From: Eledone cirrhosa
Taxonomy: Eukaryota
Direction of reading: 5' to 3'
DNA: 64,000 nucleotides
Assembly (NCBI GenBank): GCA_964016885.1
Contig: OZ024741.1
Coordinates: 72,230,001 to 72,294,000 of the forward strand
A program made the translations under genes and the position numbers. The notes beneath the pieces are model-generated. The model was not told the DNA's origin. It searched no databases and worked only from the letters and a program-made list of their open reading frames with translations. Position 1 is the first letter of the stretch. Each line of letters begins with the position of its first letter. Below, piece after piece: positions 32,458 through 46,379 of the stretch.

Positions 32458-32837
32458 TATAACAGTTTTATAAATAGATATTGACGTACCCTTTCAAAAA
32501 GGTGACCGTTGTTTTTGGAGGCCATCCGATATATATATATATATATATATATAAATATGATGGACGTTAAACGATGATGATGATGATGATGATGATATTT
32601 TAAAAAAGGAAAAGAATGACTTCACATGTAGTTCTAAACAATTTAGTTTAATTTTATAATAATATAATTTTACAATTTGGTTAGGTAGATCTAGTAAGTC
32701 CTTTGTTAACTTCGGTGGGGAGATTTTTTAAAGATTCTTGGTTAACTTTCCTGGAGAATTTTCTCGCATTCGTCGGTGGCAATTGTCAAACTGATATATA
32801 TATTTATATATATGCTTATATATATGTGCATATATAA

Positions 32838-32950
32838 ATGGTGTGTGGTCTAGAAGTTAGCTTTTTGAATTTACGATCATAAGGTTGTGAGTTTGATTCC
32901 TCAACTGGGCAGAGTGCTGTGTTCTTGAGCAAGATGCGTCATTTCACATT
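32838..32950 (+). mobile_element. Degenerate tRNA-headed SINE
   Basis: aaggttgtgagtttgattcc...gtgttcttgagcaagatg, similar to 18676-18788. Confidence 0.55.
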
Positions 32951-33485
32951 TCTTTTCATAAGACTAGGGCACATCATTAAAACATCCAAGAAACCTCCTT
33001 TGAGATACAACCACATAGGAGGCCATCTAAACACTCAAATGTGTGAGCTGTATATTTCTTTCTTTCATTTCATATTATTATTTAATGTCCATTTTTCATT
33101 GCTAGCAAAGGTTGGGTGGATAGTTATAGATTGGTAAGTACTCAAGCAAGGCTACAAATTTCTCAGACAGGCCAAGGGTCCACATCTTGCTTTATGCATC
33201 TCATTCAGCCCTCTACCATTGTCTGGTTTAAAACTACTACCTAGCCTTTGGATGCTTTTAGCAGTGTATATTCTGTTTTAAGCATTCAGACCAGATCTCC
33301 ATTTTGAAGATACCTTCCTCTCTTTCACTAATCTTGGAAGCTCTGAAGTCAACCATGGGCACAGTTTATACAAAAATCAATCAACAAGACTACTAATATA
33401 TTTCCTGATTAGGTAAATCTACAAAAGTTGAGTGCACTGATTGCTCCAACAACGCACTGAAAGAGACATTTATATGTTTGTTTAA

Positions 33486-33707
33486 CCCTTTAGCATTCAC
33501 ATTATTTTATATATACTATTATATTTTAATGGTAAAGGCTTTACCTCGCATAATTATCTCACATAATATTGAATCTATGAGATTTTGAAGGTATTTATTT
33601 TGAGAACAATACCTTAACATCAGTTTGAGTGACCAGTTACAGCCAGTTTCAACAGAAAGAGGTAGAAAAAATTCTGGCCGGTTTTGGCCGGTTTGAACAC
33701 TAAAGGG
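33486..33707. mobile_element. piggyBac-type MITE
   Basis: TTAA on both sides; TIR CCCTTTAGcaTTCA / TGAAcaCTAAAGGG (12 of 14 match). Confidence 0.75.
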
Positions 33708-33869
33708 TTAAACTACTAGAAGTAGCAGCAAAATCAACCTCAAATATCTTAACATGTTTTTAAAAATTAATAATGTAATCCAAGAGTTTGCCTGAAAAAT
33801 TAGATGTTATGGTCATGGCTGGAATGCTTTTAATTTTAGGACAGGTGGATCAACAACACATACACTATA

Positions 33870-35109
33870 CAAGAGGGTGCTGAAAAGTTCCTGGCTTTAA
33901 TAGTATTGCAAAAGGATAGAACTATTACCTTTACAGGGGAAGTAGGACAACAATTTAGGAGAAAATATGCAAAAAATCACAATGGTATACAATACAGCTT
34001 TCTCATTTTTGTGATTTAGCACATGATGGCAGCTCCTACAGTGGATTTTGGTAAAATTGAAGAACGGTGGTCATGAAGTTCCTCTTCTTGCAAAGCAAAG
34101 GAGCAAGCAGTGGAAATCCATGTTGAAGGATGGCTACCTATCTTACTCCACAGTAAAAGTCTGGGTGTCAAGGTTTCGGACTGGTCATTTTGAGGTCACA
34201 AATAAACCCCAGTTAGGACGGCCAATTTTCGCAACCAAAGAGGACAAAGCCGATGCTTTGCACATCATGATTCTCAAGGACTGCCAGATTTCAGCTGAAG
34301 TTATAGCTGAGATTCTGGGGATTTCCCACGAAAGAGTTGGCCACATCATCCACAACATTCTGGACATGAGAAAGCTTTTCACAAATGCTGAAATGCCTGA
34401 AAGCATTCAAAAGCGCATCAGAATGACAACATCAAAGACAATTTTGGACTGGTTTACAGTGGGAGAGGCTGATTTTATGGCTCATCTATTCACCATGGAT
34501 GAAACTCGGCTTCATCATTATGATCCCCAGACCAAACAGGAATCAATGGAGTGGCTCCACAGTGGTTCACCACATCCCAAGAAGATTCGGACCCAGATGT
34601 CAGCTGGAAGGATTCTGGCTTCAGTGTTCTGGGACAAAAACGGAGTACTCCTCATAAAATACTTGCCAAAGGGTCGCACCATCAACGCAGAATACTTCAT
34701 GTCCTTGTTGGATGAACTGCGTGAAGCTTTGAAGCAGGAACACCGTAGAAAACTGAGTTGTGGTGTCCTGTTTTTGCAGGACAATGCACCAGCACATAAA
34801 ACTTTACAGAAAATATGCGACTTTGGCTTCGAATTGGTAGACCACCCACCTTCCTCTCCTGACTTGGCTCCCTCCGACTATCATTTCTTTCCACAACAGA
34901 AGAAACATCTCAAGGGAACAAAATTTCACTCCAACTCGGAAGTGAATGCTGCTTTGAGGCCCAACTTTCTGAATTCTTTTTAGAAAAACTGAAGGACTGC
35001 TGCAATAAGTGTGTGAATCAGAGGGGAATATGCTGAATAAAATCATAATTAACTGATCCTCCTGTATTTTCTTTTACTCAAAGCCAGGAAGCTTTCAGCA
35101 CCACCTCAT
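33870..35109 (+). mobile_element. Mariner transposon (~1.24 kb)
   Basis: TIRs gagggtgctgaaaagttcctggcttt / aaagccaggaagctttcagcaccacctc with TA flanks. Confidence 0.92.
34048..34983 (+). pseudogene. Decayed mariner (DD34D-type) transposase
   Basis: TMDETRLHHYDP, FLQDNAPAH, HPPSSPDLAPSDYHFF; WVP motif lost, N- and C-termini disrupted. Confidence 0.88.
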
Positions 35110-35267
35110 ATATGCTTTACGATGGTTAGTAAATGGAAATTAGCTCCAGTAGATTACTGTGAGCAGAGTAATAATAGAAAGGTCAAGTTGATCTTAGCAG
35201 AAATGTCAGCTATCCAAAAACTTGATCCTTGAAAGAATTTGACCAGACTGGCCAATACACACATGTA

Positions 35268-35358
<91 letters not shown>

Positions 35359-35387
35359 ATATATATATATACACACACATGTATGTG

Positions 35388-35419
<32 letters not shown>

Positions 35420-35873
35420 ATCTTGCATATATATATATACACACATATAGCTCAATAATCCGTGACTCATAGAATTATAAGCTAATCTCTGGTTGTCATA
35501 GTGTTGAGATGAGAATATACCCCCTGTGACAGGGGTATATTCATACCTTCTACTAACGTGCTTCCGCAATATAAAATACCTTATAACAACAGCAAACGAG
35601 ACAGAAACCCCATCCCCACTCTATAATACATATATCATATATATAATACACATACACACATGCATTATATATAAAACACGTATGTAATATAAAAATACAC
35701 CATGTACATCAATATATATATATAATGTACATCAATATATATATATAACTTACCTTTGTTTGCAAACTCACATATATATATATACACACACACATATATA
35801 CACACACATATACACACACACACATATATACACACACACACACACATATACACATACACACACATATATACAC

Positions 35874-35908
<35 letters not shown>

Positions 35909-36035
35909 TAAACATGAAAAATGAGACATTTTAAAAGTAATAAAACAAAGAAGCAAATAGACAGAATCAAGATTATAATTGTTATCGTAATAAGCAACAA
36001 GACAGGTTAAAAGTGGGTCAAAAATGTGTACTTAC

Positions 36036-36649
36036 AGCTGGACAACGTTTTCCGGTAAATCATTTTTTATCATTTCCGATAAATCAGTGAATGGTTGTTC
36101 ATTCTCAGAACAGCTCACTTTGTGAGACACTGTTCGATTTTTGGGAGCAGCAGTGGTCCCAGCACCAATGCCGACCTTGGAACTACCGCCGCCAGCTCCG
36201 CTTGAACCCGGTCTGGGTCGAAGTTGTGACGGCGGCTGCAACAAGGCCGGCTGAGAATGGGTTTCACGCGAGCTTTGACCCCTGTTTTTGGGGTTAGTTA
36301 CTTTGCACGTACATCCAGGAGGACATGGTGCTTCAACGCTATGGTTGAAGAAGACTAGAAGTAGAAGAGCCGCTAGGAAAATCCGATAGAGGCAGACAGG
36401 CGTCCATGTACCCGATGACACTGCATTGCTGACCACCCGGCCGTTTTCGGCGAGGCACCAGTCAGTTTGTCCGTCTTGTGTAACAGTTCTGTTACGGTTG
36501 TAGTCCTTAGATTTCTTTGTTGTCGACATCGTCGAAGATTTTCGTCGCCTCTTCGTTGGAGGAGGTGACGATAAACAGCATTGCAAACTGTTATTACAGG
36601 CGCTTCTGGTATAATCTGAGGGATGTGTTGGACCTGTAGCATCACCCAT
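36036..36649 (-). CDS. First coding exon of an LRR-NT membrane receptor, adhesion GPCR A (GPR124/GPR125)-like
   Basis: Hydrophobic signal-like segment IFLAALLLLVFFNHSVEA, then PCPPGCTC...KVSCS...DLPENVVQL (LRRNT cap), ending at a phase-2 donor CAG CT|GTAAGT at 36036/36035; start is ATG 36649 or 36529. Family call is from recalled similarity to ADGRA KVVCS...LPNRTVTL. Confidence 0.7.
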
Positions 36650-37681
36650 GACAAAAGCCAATGTTTCCAAGAAGACATATGTAGACACCCTCAAAACACG
36701 TTCAAAAAAGAAATCCGTCCGTCGAGATTCAAAATAAAAAATTGTAGTTTTCCAAGTTGATATTTCCCCCCTTCCTTCTTATATCCTTACATATATACGT
36801 ACATTCATTCACAAGTATATATGTATATGCAAGTAATTAATATACACATCCAGAATATGTGTGCGTTTTATTGTACATGTAGCACTGTAAATAACTGTTT
36901 GCCTGTGTGTATGTATATATATACAAACTTATATGTAGATTGTAGTGTGTGTGTGTGTGTGTATATATATAATGTTAAATTTTAGAAAATTGTTATGTAG
37001 ATTTAGTAGCTAAATGTATATAAATATATAGTAGAATATAACAACAAACATATATGCGTGTGTGAAGACCTATATACAACTATATGATCATATATTTATT
37101 TACACACATTATCTATACTCCTGTTATCTTGATATGGGCTGCTTTTAATATACCCAGTTGAAAATAGAGAAATGTTGGGGATATCCGACGTGTGTATGTG
37201 TGTTATAATAATAGCTAGGGAGGAACGAGAGGATAACTGGGTGCTTGATATAAAAAATATTTTTATACACCCTTCTTATACATATACATTACAGTTGTAT
37301 TGATAGTATAAATGCATGCACACACATATATATGAATATTGTACACAGCTTCAAATGGTTTAAGTTTTCTGTATTAGACCCTATACAAAGAATTAACTAA
37401 CACACTCTAGCCAATATAGACATGTGTACAACTGAATCTATTGTCCTACTAAACTAATCTTTATATTATAGTAATCTCTCTATTATTATTTTTTCTATTT
37501 TTAAATATTCTTGAATTAATATTGGGTGATATTTAGGTAAACATTAGATATATATCTCGTTATTCCATAATTTAACAGGTTGTGTTATCTCGAAGACTAT
37601 ATATAATAATTATATATATATATTTATATATACACACTGAGGGGGGTCGATGGAAAATGTAGGTCTTGAATAAACCGCAGA

Positions 37682-37723
<42 letters not shown>

Positions 37724-40454
37724 GGAAGGCGGAAATGGGGTTCGGGCTAGGATTAGAATGAGTGAAATCTAGGTATATTATAAATATAACAAGCACTGGA
37801 CGTAGAAAGATCAGGTCAAGTAATTGGGCTGTGAGGGCGGCGCCGGGGAAGAACCGTGTATGTGAGTGTATATAGAAGTAATAATGTGTACATAGATATT
37901 ATAGTCGTCCCTGTATATTTATGCATACTAGTGTACCTACATACATAAGCTATGACCACAAACTGTGTATATTTGTATGTGTGTGTGAATATTACGAAGG
38001 TTTGAAGTGAGTGTTAATGTTTAAGGAAGACTAAATGAAAAGGTAGATTTGTTGGTTGAGACAGATAAAGAATCACGATTATTATAAAATCAACAATAAC
38101 AATTTAAAGCAACCACACCAGTTTCTTTACGTTGACTTATTTTTATGTTGTTTTATGTAGGTCTGTTAACAAATGTATGATAGTCGTACATGTGCAACAA
38201 TATATATATATATATATGTGTGTGTGTGTATATATATAGTACGTGTATGTATGTATATGTCTTGAAATATATGTGTGTGTATGTATACACTTGGGAGAAT
38301 ATTCCCTTTTAACAGGCAAGGAGTAACAAAGGAGTAGGAATAAAAATATGTATAGATTTATGTGGATATTTATGTATCTATGGGTGTGTGTGTATTTATA
38401 TTTATATACATAGATTTATTGTGGTGTATGTATTTTAGTTTATATTAAAAATACATTACGTCAGAGTAGTTTCTGTATCTAATATTTTATACTAACACAA
38501 CGTGCATGCAATAATATATATATATATATATATATATTAGTGTATGTGTCACTTATTTCAGTGTGTATGTGTGCACGTATCTGTGTTTGTGTATGTATAC
38601 AAGATACAAGAATCGGCTATAAAAATTATATATGTATATATATTATATTTATCTCTCTGTGAATACACATATTCAATACAATTACGCACACTTCTTTTGT
38701 GTTAAATGCACCGATATATATATATTCTTTATTTAATTCGTCTCTTTTTCTTCCGTAAAGCTTTCAGAGATTCCATGGAGAGAAATATACGATATTTTGT
38801 TATGAACCGCATCAAAATAGCAAAATGTAAGGGAAGCACAGATAGATTTAAATTAAATACAATACAAATAAATAAGACACAATTCTATATGTATATGTAT
38901 GTAGAATGTAATGTGTGTTTAAAGATGTACACTTGCATATGTAATAATATATCCAAGGGCCAATTTTGTAGAGGGGATTAATATTATTGCCGAGTGAATC
39001 GACTCCAATATATATATGTGAATGGCTTTGAGAAAGACTAAGACAGATTCAGTTCCCTGTTGAATTTAGTTCCGTTATTACAGGATTATATATTGTGTGT
39101 TTATTTGAGTATATATACTTACACACACACACACACACACACAAATATATATAGATATATATGGTGTATGTGAGTATATACAAACACACATACACGCAAA
39201 GAAATAAAAAAAAACAAAAAAAAAACAGACGCAAGAGGTTTTATACACACAAACAGCGGCGTGTATAATTCACAAAATCAGCAAGTAGTACTCCGAATGT
39301 AACATGGTGTTTTTATTTGACCAACTTGTCTTTCTATCAACACCATTATCTTCATCAATTCCAGTGGAAGCGAATTCATCGTAATGTTTCTCCTCGTAAA
39401 AGTCGTGACTCCATTCATCAACATTACCATCAACAACATAATTAATATTATAAAGTTCATCGATATGTCAGACGTGTTTATCGACGTGAAGAATACTTTA
39501 AACATTTCTATTCCTGCTTTAGTCGTCGTCATCATTAAGATGGGTAGAAATATCAGCATCATCCTCACCAACATTCTAACATCCAGAACGTCTCCCTATT
39601 TCAATAAGCTGCCTATCTGTTTGGTAATGCATGCAATAATCATACATGTATATATTCATTCGTGTGAATGTATGCATTGGTATATATATATATATATATA
39701 ATTATAATAGTGTGTGCGCGTGTGGATATTGTATTCAGTTCTTTTTTTTTTTTTTTTACTTCAGGAATACTCAAACAAGAATTGTATTAAAGTTTCTGGC
39801 TGTCTCCGATTGCTGTATTCCAGAGCATTGAGTGCCAAAAAAAGAGAAAAAAAAAAGTGAGGGGAAATGATATACAATGAAATATAACACTAAATCCCAT
39901 ACATAATATCTGATTATAAATATAGAATATATATATATATGTGTGTGTGTGTTTATACAAAAATATGTAGCTATATATGTATATGCGTGTATGTGAAGAA
40001 CGGTACGGTGTTGGCGGTAGTTCCGAAGACTGAGAAGATTGTTACAGAAGGGGCGAAAAAAAAGGAGGACACGAAATAACAGGGAATGTATAAAACATGG
40101 AATCGGTCATGTTTTCTTCGCTTTTCTTTTTCTCTAAGCAATAGTGATGGTGGTAGGATAAGAAACGAAAAGTAGATGAATGAGAGATAGAGAGAGTGAA
40201 CTTAATGGTGTGAAAACAAAATACAGTAAAAAAAAAAAGAGGGAGGGAGAGAAAGAGAGAGGGAGAGAAAGAGAGAAGAGAAAGTTAAAAAAAAAAGAAA
40301 CTAAATAAAGTCTTAGAATGAAAGAAATAGAAAGGTTCTCTTTATTTTTAAAGTTTCGTTTTCTCGGAATGGCCTTTTAAAAATTGTTTTATAATGTTGT
40401 CCATACTGAATTCATCATTTCGAATACAATCAGACACACACCTATTTATTAAGG

Positions 40455-40509
<55 letters not shown>

Positions 40510-40885
40510 CCCCATCACTCTATGGTACTTATACTGCTTTTTCACGCACAAGAACACACACACTCTCGCTCTAGCATTTCTTTTACTTCTCCCTCAGTTA
40601 TCTACCTCCTTCCGTTCTGCTGCCCCTTGAAGAAGTTCCCTCCCCTTACAGACCTACGAAGGCCTAGTTACTACATAATACACTGATGATGTTACAAACA
40701 CCCGCGTGCTTGGCTCCCTTATCTGGATGTTTATATACACATATACCTATATGGACAGATGTGAACACACATATTTATTGTATATATATACATGTGTATA
40801 TATATGTATGCATTTATCTCTCTCGCTATATATATATACATATATGTATACATAAACATACATGTATATACACATATACATACAC

Positions 40886-40932
<47 letters not shown>

Positions 40933-41103
40933 CAAAGAGATATTTAATTTGTTGGTAATTCCACAAATATATTTATAACAGATTGGAAGCACTCGACAAA
41001 TTTTCTGGAGTATAATATCAATGACATTAATAAATATCCAAACGGAACCTGAACTGTTAAGGTCTGATTCCTGGGTATGTCACTATTTATAAAACAAATT
41101 TTG

Positions 41104-41164
41104 TATTTTATCTGATGAGGGCGTACCAAAGTTTTGGTACCCTTGAAATATATATAATAGAATA
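41104..41164 (+). ncRNA. Type I hammerhead fold
   Basis: tattttat-CTGATGA-gggcgtaccaaa(gt)tttggtaccctt-GAAA-tatata-TA-atagaata; 8-bp stem I; flanks homologous to 32350-32480. Confidence 0.72.
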
Positions 41165-41868
41165 AATATGGTTTTATAAATATAGTTTCCATTTATTAAT
41201 ATCATTGATATATATATATATATATAGTAATAATAATAAAATTGAAGACTAAAATCCAAAGAGGGCTCGATAAGGAAAATATATATCAAATATATAAGAA
41301 CCGTAGAGCAAATATTTATTAAAATAACAGATTAAAGTTTAAGCAAAGAATCGCTGCTTTCACATATATATATATATATATATGTAAGACTCACTATTTA
41401 GCCTTAATAAAATGAATAAACTTTACTTCAGTATTGAGTATTCCTTCCCTCAGCCGTCAACCACATACGGATATATACCTCAACCACATATGCGTGTGTT
41501 AATAGATATACGTACACAAATATATATATACATGCATATACACACATGTATATACATAGATATATATTGTGGCTACACACACATATATATATGTATATAT
41601 ATAGAAGTACTTCTACAACAGTTAGTACACCATTTCCACACTATATCTTTGTACATATACAAATATATACATATATGTATATACATGTATATATTTGTGT
41701 TCGTATGTCTATTAAGACACACACACGTTTTATCTACCTATCTCTGTGTACATGTGTGCGTGCGAGTTTAGGGGCTGCATGCATGCGTATATTATGCATG
41801 CGTTTCTGATTCACTGCGTGTGGATATGTGAACTCATTGAGTGCATGTAATAGATACGTTAAACACAT

Positions 41869-41963
<95 letters not shown>

Positions 41964-41973
41964 CGCATATATA

Positions 41974-42033
<60 letters not shown>

Positions 42034-42399
42034 CACAGTTCTTTTTCCCATCTATATTTTTTCTTCGCTCCCCTCTTCCACCATGTCTTGGTGAAATACA
42101 GTGAGCCTTAATAAAGAGTCGGGGACTCCCATAGCAGCAGATACTACTATTAATGCTGCTTCTACTACCTGCTGCTGCTACTACTACAAACCAACGAGGT
42201 CAGCCGTCCTGCTAAAAATAACAGCCAAATCTCGGTCATCGCCCTGCCGCTTCGTTTAAAAAAAAATGACATGTTTCATAATATGGTTTTAGATTTCCTG
42301 CGATGGACATGGCTGGGATACCCTTGATCATAGGTCTGCTTTAGCTGTGGGCTAAACAACAACTACTACTGCTGCCTTTTCCGATGCTGCTGCTTTTAC

Positions 42400-42426
42400 C
42401 GTTACAATGGCTGCTGCTGCTGCTCT

Positions 42427-42488
<62 letters not shown>

Positions 42489-42560
42489 TTGCTGCTGTTA
42501 CTACTACTACTGTTGCTGTTGTCACCACCACTACCAACAGCACCACCACAATCACCACCA
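42400..42560. repeat. (CTA)n/(CTG)n trinucleotide tract
   Basis: Directly visible. Confidence 0.9.
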
Positions 42561-42589
42561 TCTGCTGTCACACCTCCTCCATGCTGATC

Positions 42590-42940
42590 GCCTTCCGCAT
42601 CTCAACAGGATCACTAAGCATGACTTGAACGCTGCTGGCTTCTCATCGCAGCTCAAAGCTGTAGGGTTAGATCGAGGGGACGGCAAAAGGCCAGATGGCG
42701 TCGTAATCTTCCTGTTCCGTAGTGATAAGCCCATCATATAGGAGGCAATGTGCAGCAACACAATTCTCCTGCAGCAATCTGGGGGATTCAGCGACAGTCC
42801 TAAGTTTCGGTGCTCGACAAACTGAACATGGTAAATTATTGAAATGCCGACCGCATTCCGATGGAATTGTCGTTGAAACTATAATGTTGGAAACTTCTGG
42901 CGTTCTGATTCCCTCAACTAACCCAAGACCTGCTAACCTC
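42590..42940 (+). pseudogene. Relic of the restriction-like endonuclease domain of a CRE-type non-LTR element
   Basis: Translates LNAAGFSSQLKAVGLDRGDGKRPDGVVIF...ETSGV, the PD-(D/E)xK-type REL region; contains stops. Confidence 0.6.
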
Positions 42941-43844
42941 TAAAACTCAAAAACGGGGAGTACCATGAAATAAAGTGCTCCAAACGGGGAGAAATTAGGC
43001 AAAATGTTTTACCTAATGAAAACTATACCCATTTTCACAAGAGAAGACATCTCTCACCCACCCTAAAGGCTATTGTAAATGTTTGTGGATGAACATCAGA
43101 AATCATTTCAAATGAAATTTTACGAATAAAGTTTTTCAAATAAAACTAAGAATTTCAGTTACAAATAAAAAAAAAAGCAAAACTAACAAAAGAGATTCAG
43201 TTGCAAATCGATAGTTCTTTTTGTATTTTATGATGTCAATGACTTATACTTATCGTTTTTTGCAGCTTTCTTTGTTAAATTGACAACATCTTGAAGTGTG
43301 TGTGTGGGGAGGGGGGGGGGGGGGCACTTGTGACAGGGTGTTTCGCTCTCAGGAACAAATGTCTTCATCACTAAAAGGAGAGTTGACAGGGAGTTAAACT
43401 CCCTACTCAGTGCTGTCATGACGGGGCTGGTCATCTGCAAATACGGGGCTTGCAAGTTGAAATGGCTCATACAATGCATCTTCCCTGCTAATGTCCGCGG
43501 TAACACTTTTTTCAATTCCCTCCACCTTAGATTCTGCACATCAGAGAGTCAGAACGAGCGATCGAAAGAACGTGACAACCTTTCATTTACTGGTGTGAAT
43601 TGTTACTGTTGGTCACTATAGGCTGCACGAGAATAATCACAATTGCATTGTTATGATTAAAAGGATGTGCTATTATATAGACATCGCTTCTCTGATCATT
43701 TCTGTCTTCTCTCACGATAGAAATATAAAGAAAATTGAGTCAATGTTCAGATTGCGACATTTTATTTTATTATATTTGTCTTTGAAAAGACGTGTTAGAA
43801 GAATATAATTACATAATTTTTCGTCTTTGCTATTGTTGCATTAG

Positions 43845-44008
43845 AGCGTCAGACACCATGCTTTGCAGCATAGAGCTATGGCCCTTTACGTTCTGAGTTC
43901 AGATCCCGCCGAGGTTAACTTTGCCTTTCATCCTTACTGGGTCGATAAAAAAAAAGCATCAGCTATGTACTTGGGCAATTGCAGGACTTGTGCCAAAAGT
44001 AGAAACTT
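43845..44008 (+). mobile_element. tRNA-derived SINE (same family as 6296)
   Basis: ctgagttcagatcccgccgaggttaactttgcctttcatcc. Confidence 0.85.
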
Positions 44009-44959
44009 ATTTCTGTAAATTGTACAACTATTAATACTCATTATTCATGTTTCTCGTCGGATTTATTTGCACGAAGTTTGATTCGTAAATACTCTTAGGG
44101 ATTATTATACCAATGATGAGATGATTCGTCTCATCTTCCTCATTGTGGATTGAATTACATTGAACTTGAAACGTTATATGTGTGTATGTTTGTGTGTGTA
44201 TGAGTTTGTGTGTGCATGTGTGTATATATGTGTGTAAATATCTATCTATCTGTATGGATGGATGGATGGATGGATGCAAGACGTCTGATGATCCTCTAAG
44301 AATACAGGGGAAACTCCAGAGTTACAAGGCTCACTACTTCGCCATATTAAATGAATATTTTAACTACTTCGGTAGTGACTACTTTTTTCACGTCCGTCAA
44401 TAATACACGTGTATATACATGTGTGTGTGTGTGGAAGGGTGAGTGTTTGTGTGTGTGTATGCTCTAAATTGGAAGCCTCAGTTTTTCACCAAGGTAACTG
44501 AAAATTTGTCTAGAGGCCACATCTTTTCATGAGGCCCAAGATCCTTGTGACATTTTCTGTAATGTATTCTTTTCAACTCGAGAGAGAAAATAAAAACTAA
44601 AACAAAACAAATAATAATAAGAAAACTAAGAATATTTAACATACCTAAGTGTTGCGATAGATATTAGAAAAAAATTACTGATTAGAAAAATAATAGTGTA
44701 ATCATGTAAGACAGTAGAGTATTTTGAAGAGCGAAAAATGTAACTGTGAAGGTACCTGGCGTAGAGAAAGAGAGAGAAAGAGTGAGCGAGAGAGTGCGTG
44801 AGTGAGAGGGAAAGAGAGAAAGAGAGATGTCTGTATATAGATCGGTATAATATGTATGTATGAAATCGTAACTGCCGATGGAGTCGTAGGCAGTTGCAGT
44901 GACATATAGTAATTCTTGGCCATTTTAAACCTGGCAGAGCCCATCCAGATCTGAATATA

Positions 44960-45035
<76 letters not shown>

Positions 45036-45064
45036 ATGAGTGATGGAAGAATGTAAGAATGAGA

Positions 45065-46044
<980 letters not shown>

Positions 46045-46045
<1 letters not shown>

Positions 46046-46115
46046 GTTTTATCTGATGAAAACACAAATATTATTGCATGATGATGTTTGTTTTTGAAAT
46101 GCGCATAATAAAATA
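46045..46115 (+). ncRNA. Type I hammerhead ribozyme
   Basis: tgttttat-CTGATGA-aaacacaaatattat(tgcatg)atgatgtttgttttt-GAAA-tgcgca-TA-ataaaata; palindromic stem III ATGCGCAT. Confidence 0.8.
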
Positions 46116-46379
46116 CATGGAACTCCTTTAACCATCTTTTGATCTTATATTATGTATACTCCAGTCCTACAAACTGTAGAGTGCTTCTTATCCGATATCT
46201 GCATTGCTTTATTGTACTACAATAAAACTCACCTCCTACATTATATATATATATATATATACATACATACTTACATATATTATAAGGATGTCATGTGTCT
46301 GAAAGATTTTCAGACAAGCATAATATCACCTGTAAGGAAAGCTTTAAGAAAGATTCTTAGGAATAAATCGGAGCATTTA

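Noticed and set aside
39278-39701. Overlapping 98- and 105-aa ORFs upstream of the receptor exon
   Set aside because: No recognisable motif or convincing splice context; could be UTR or intron
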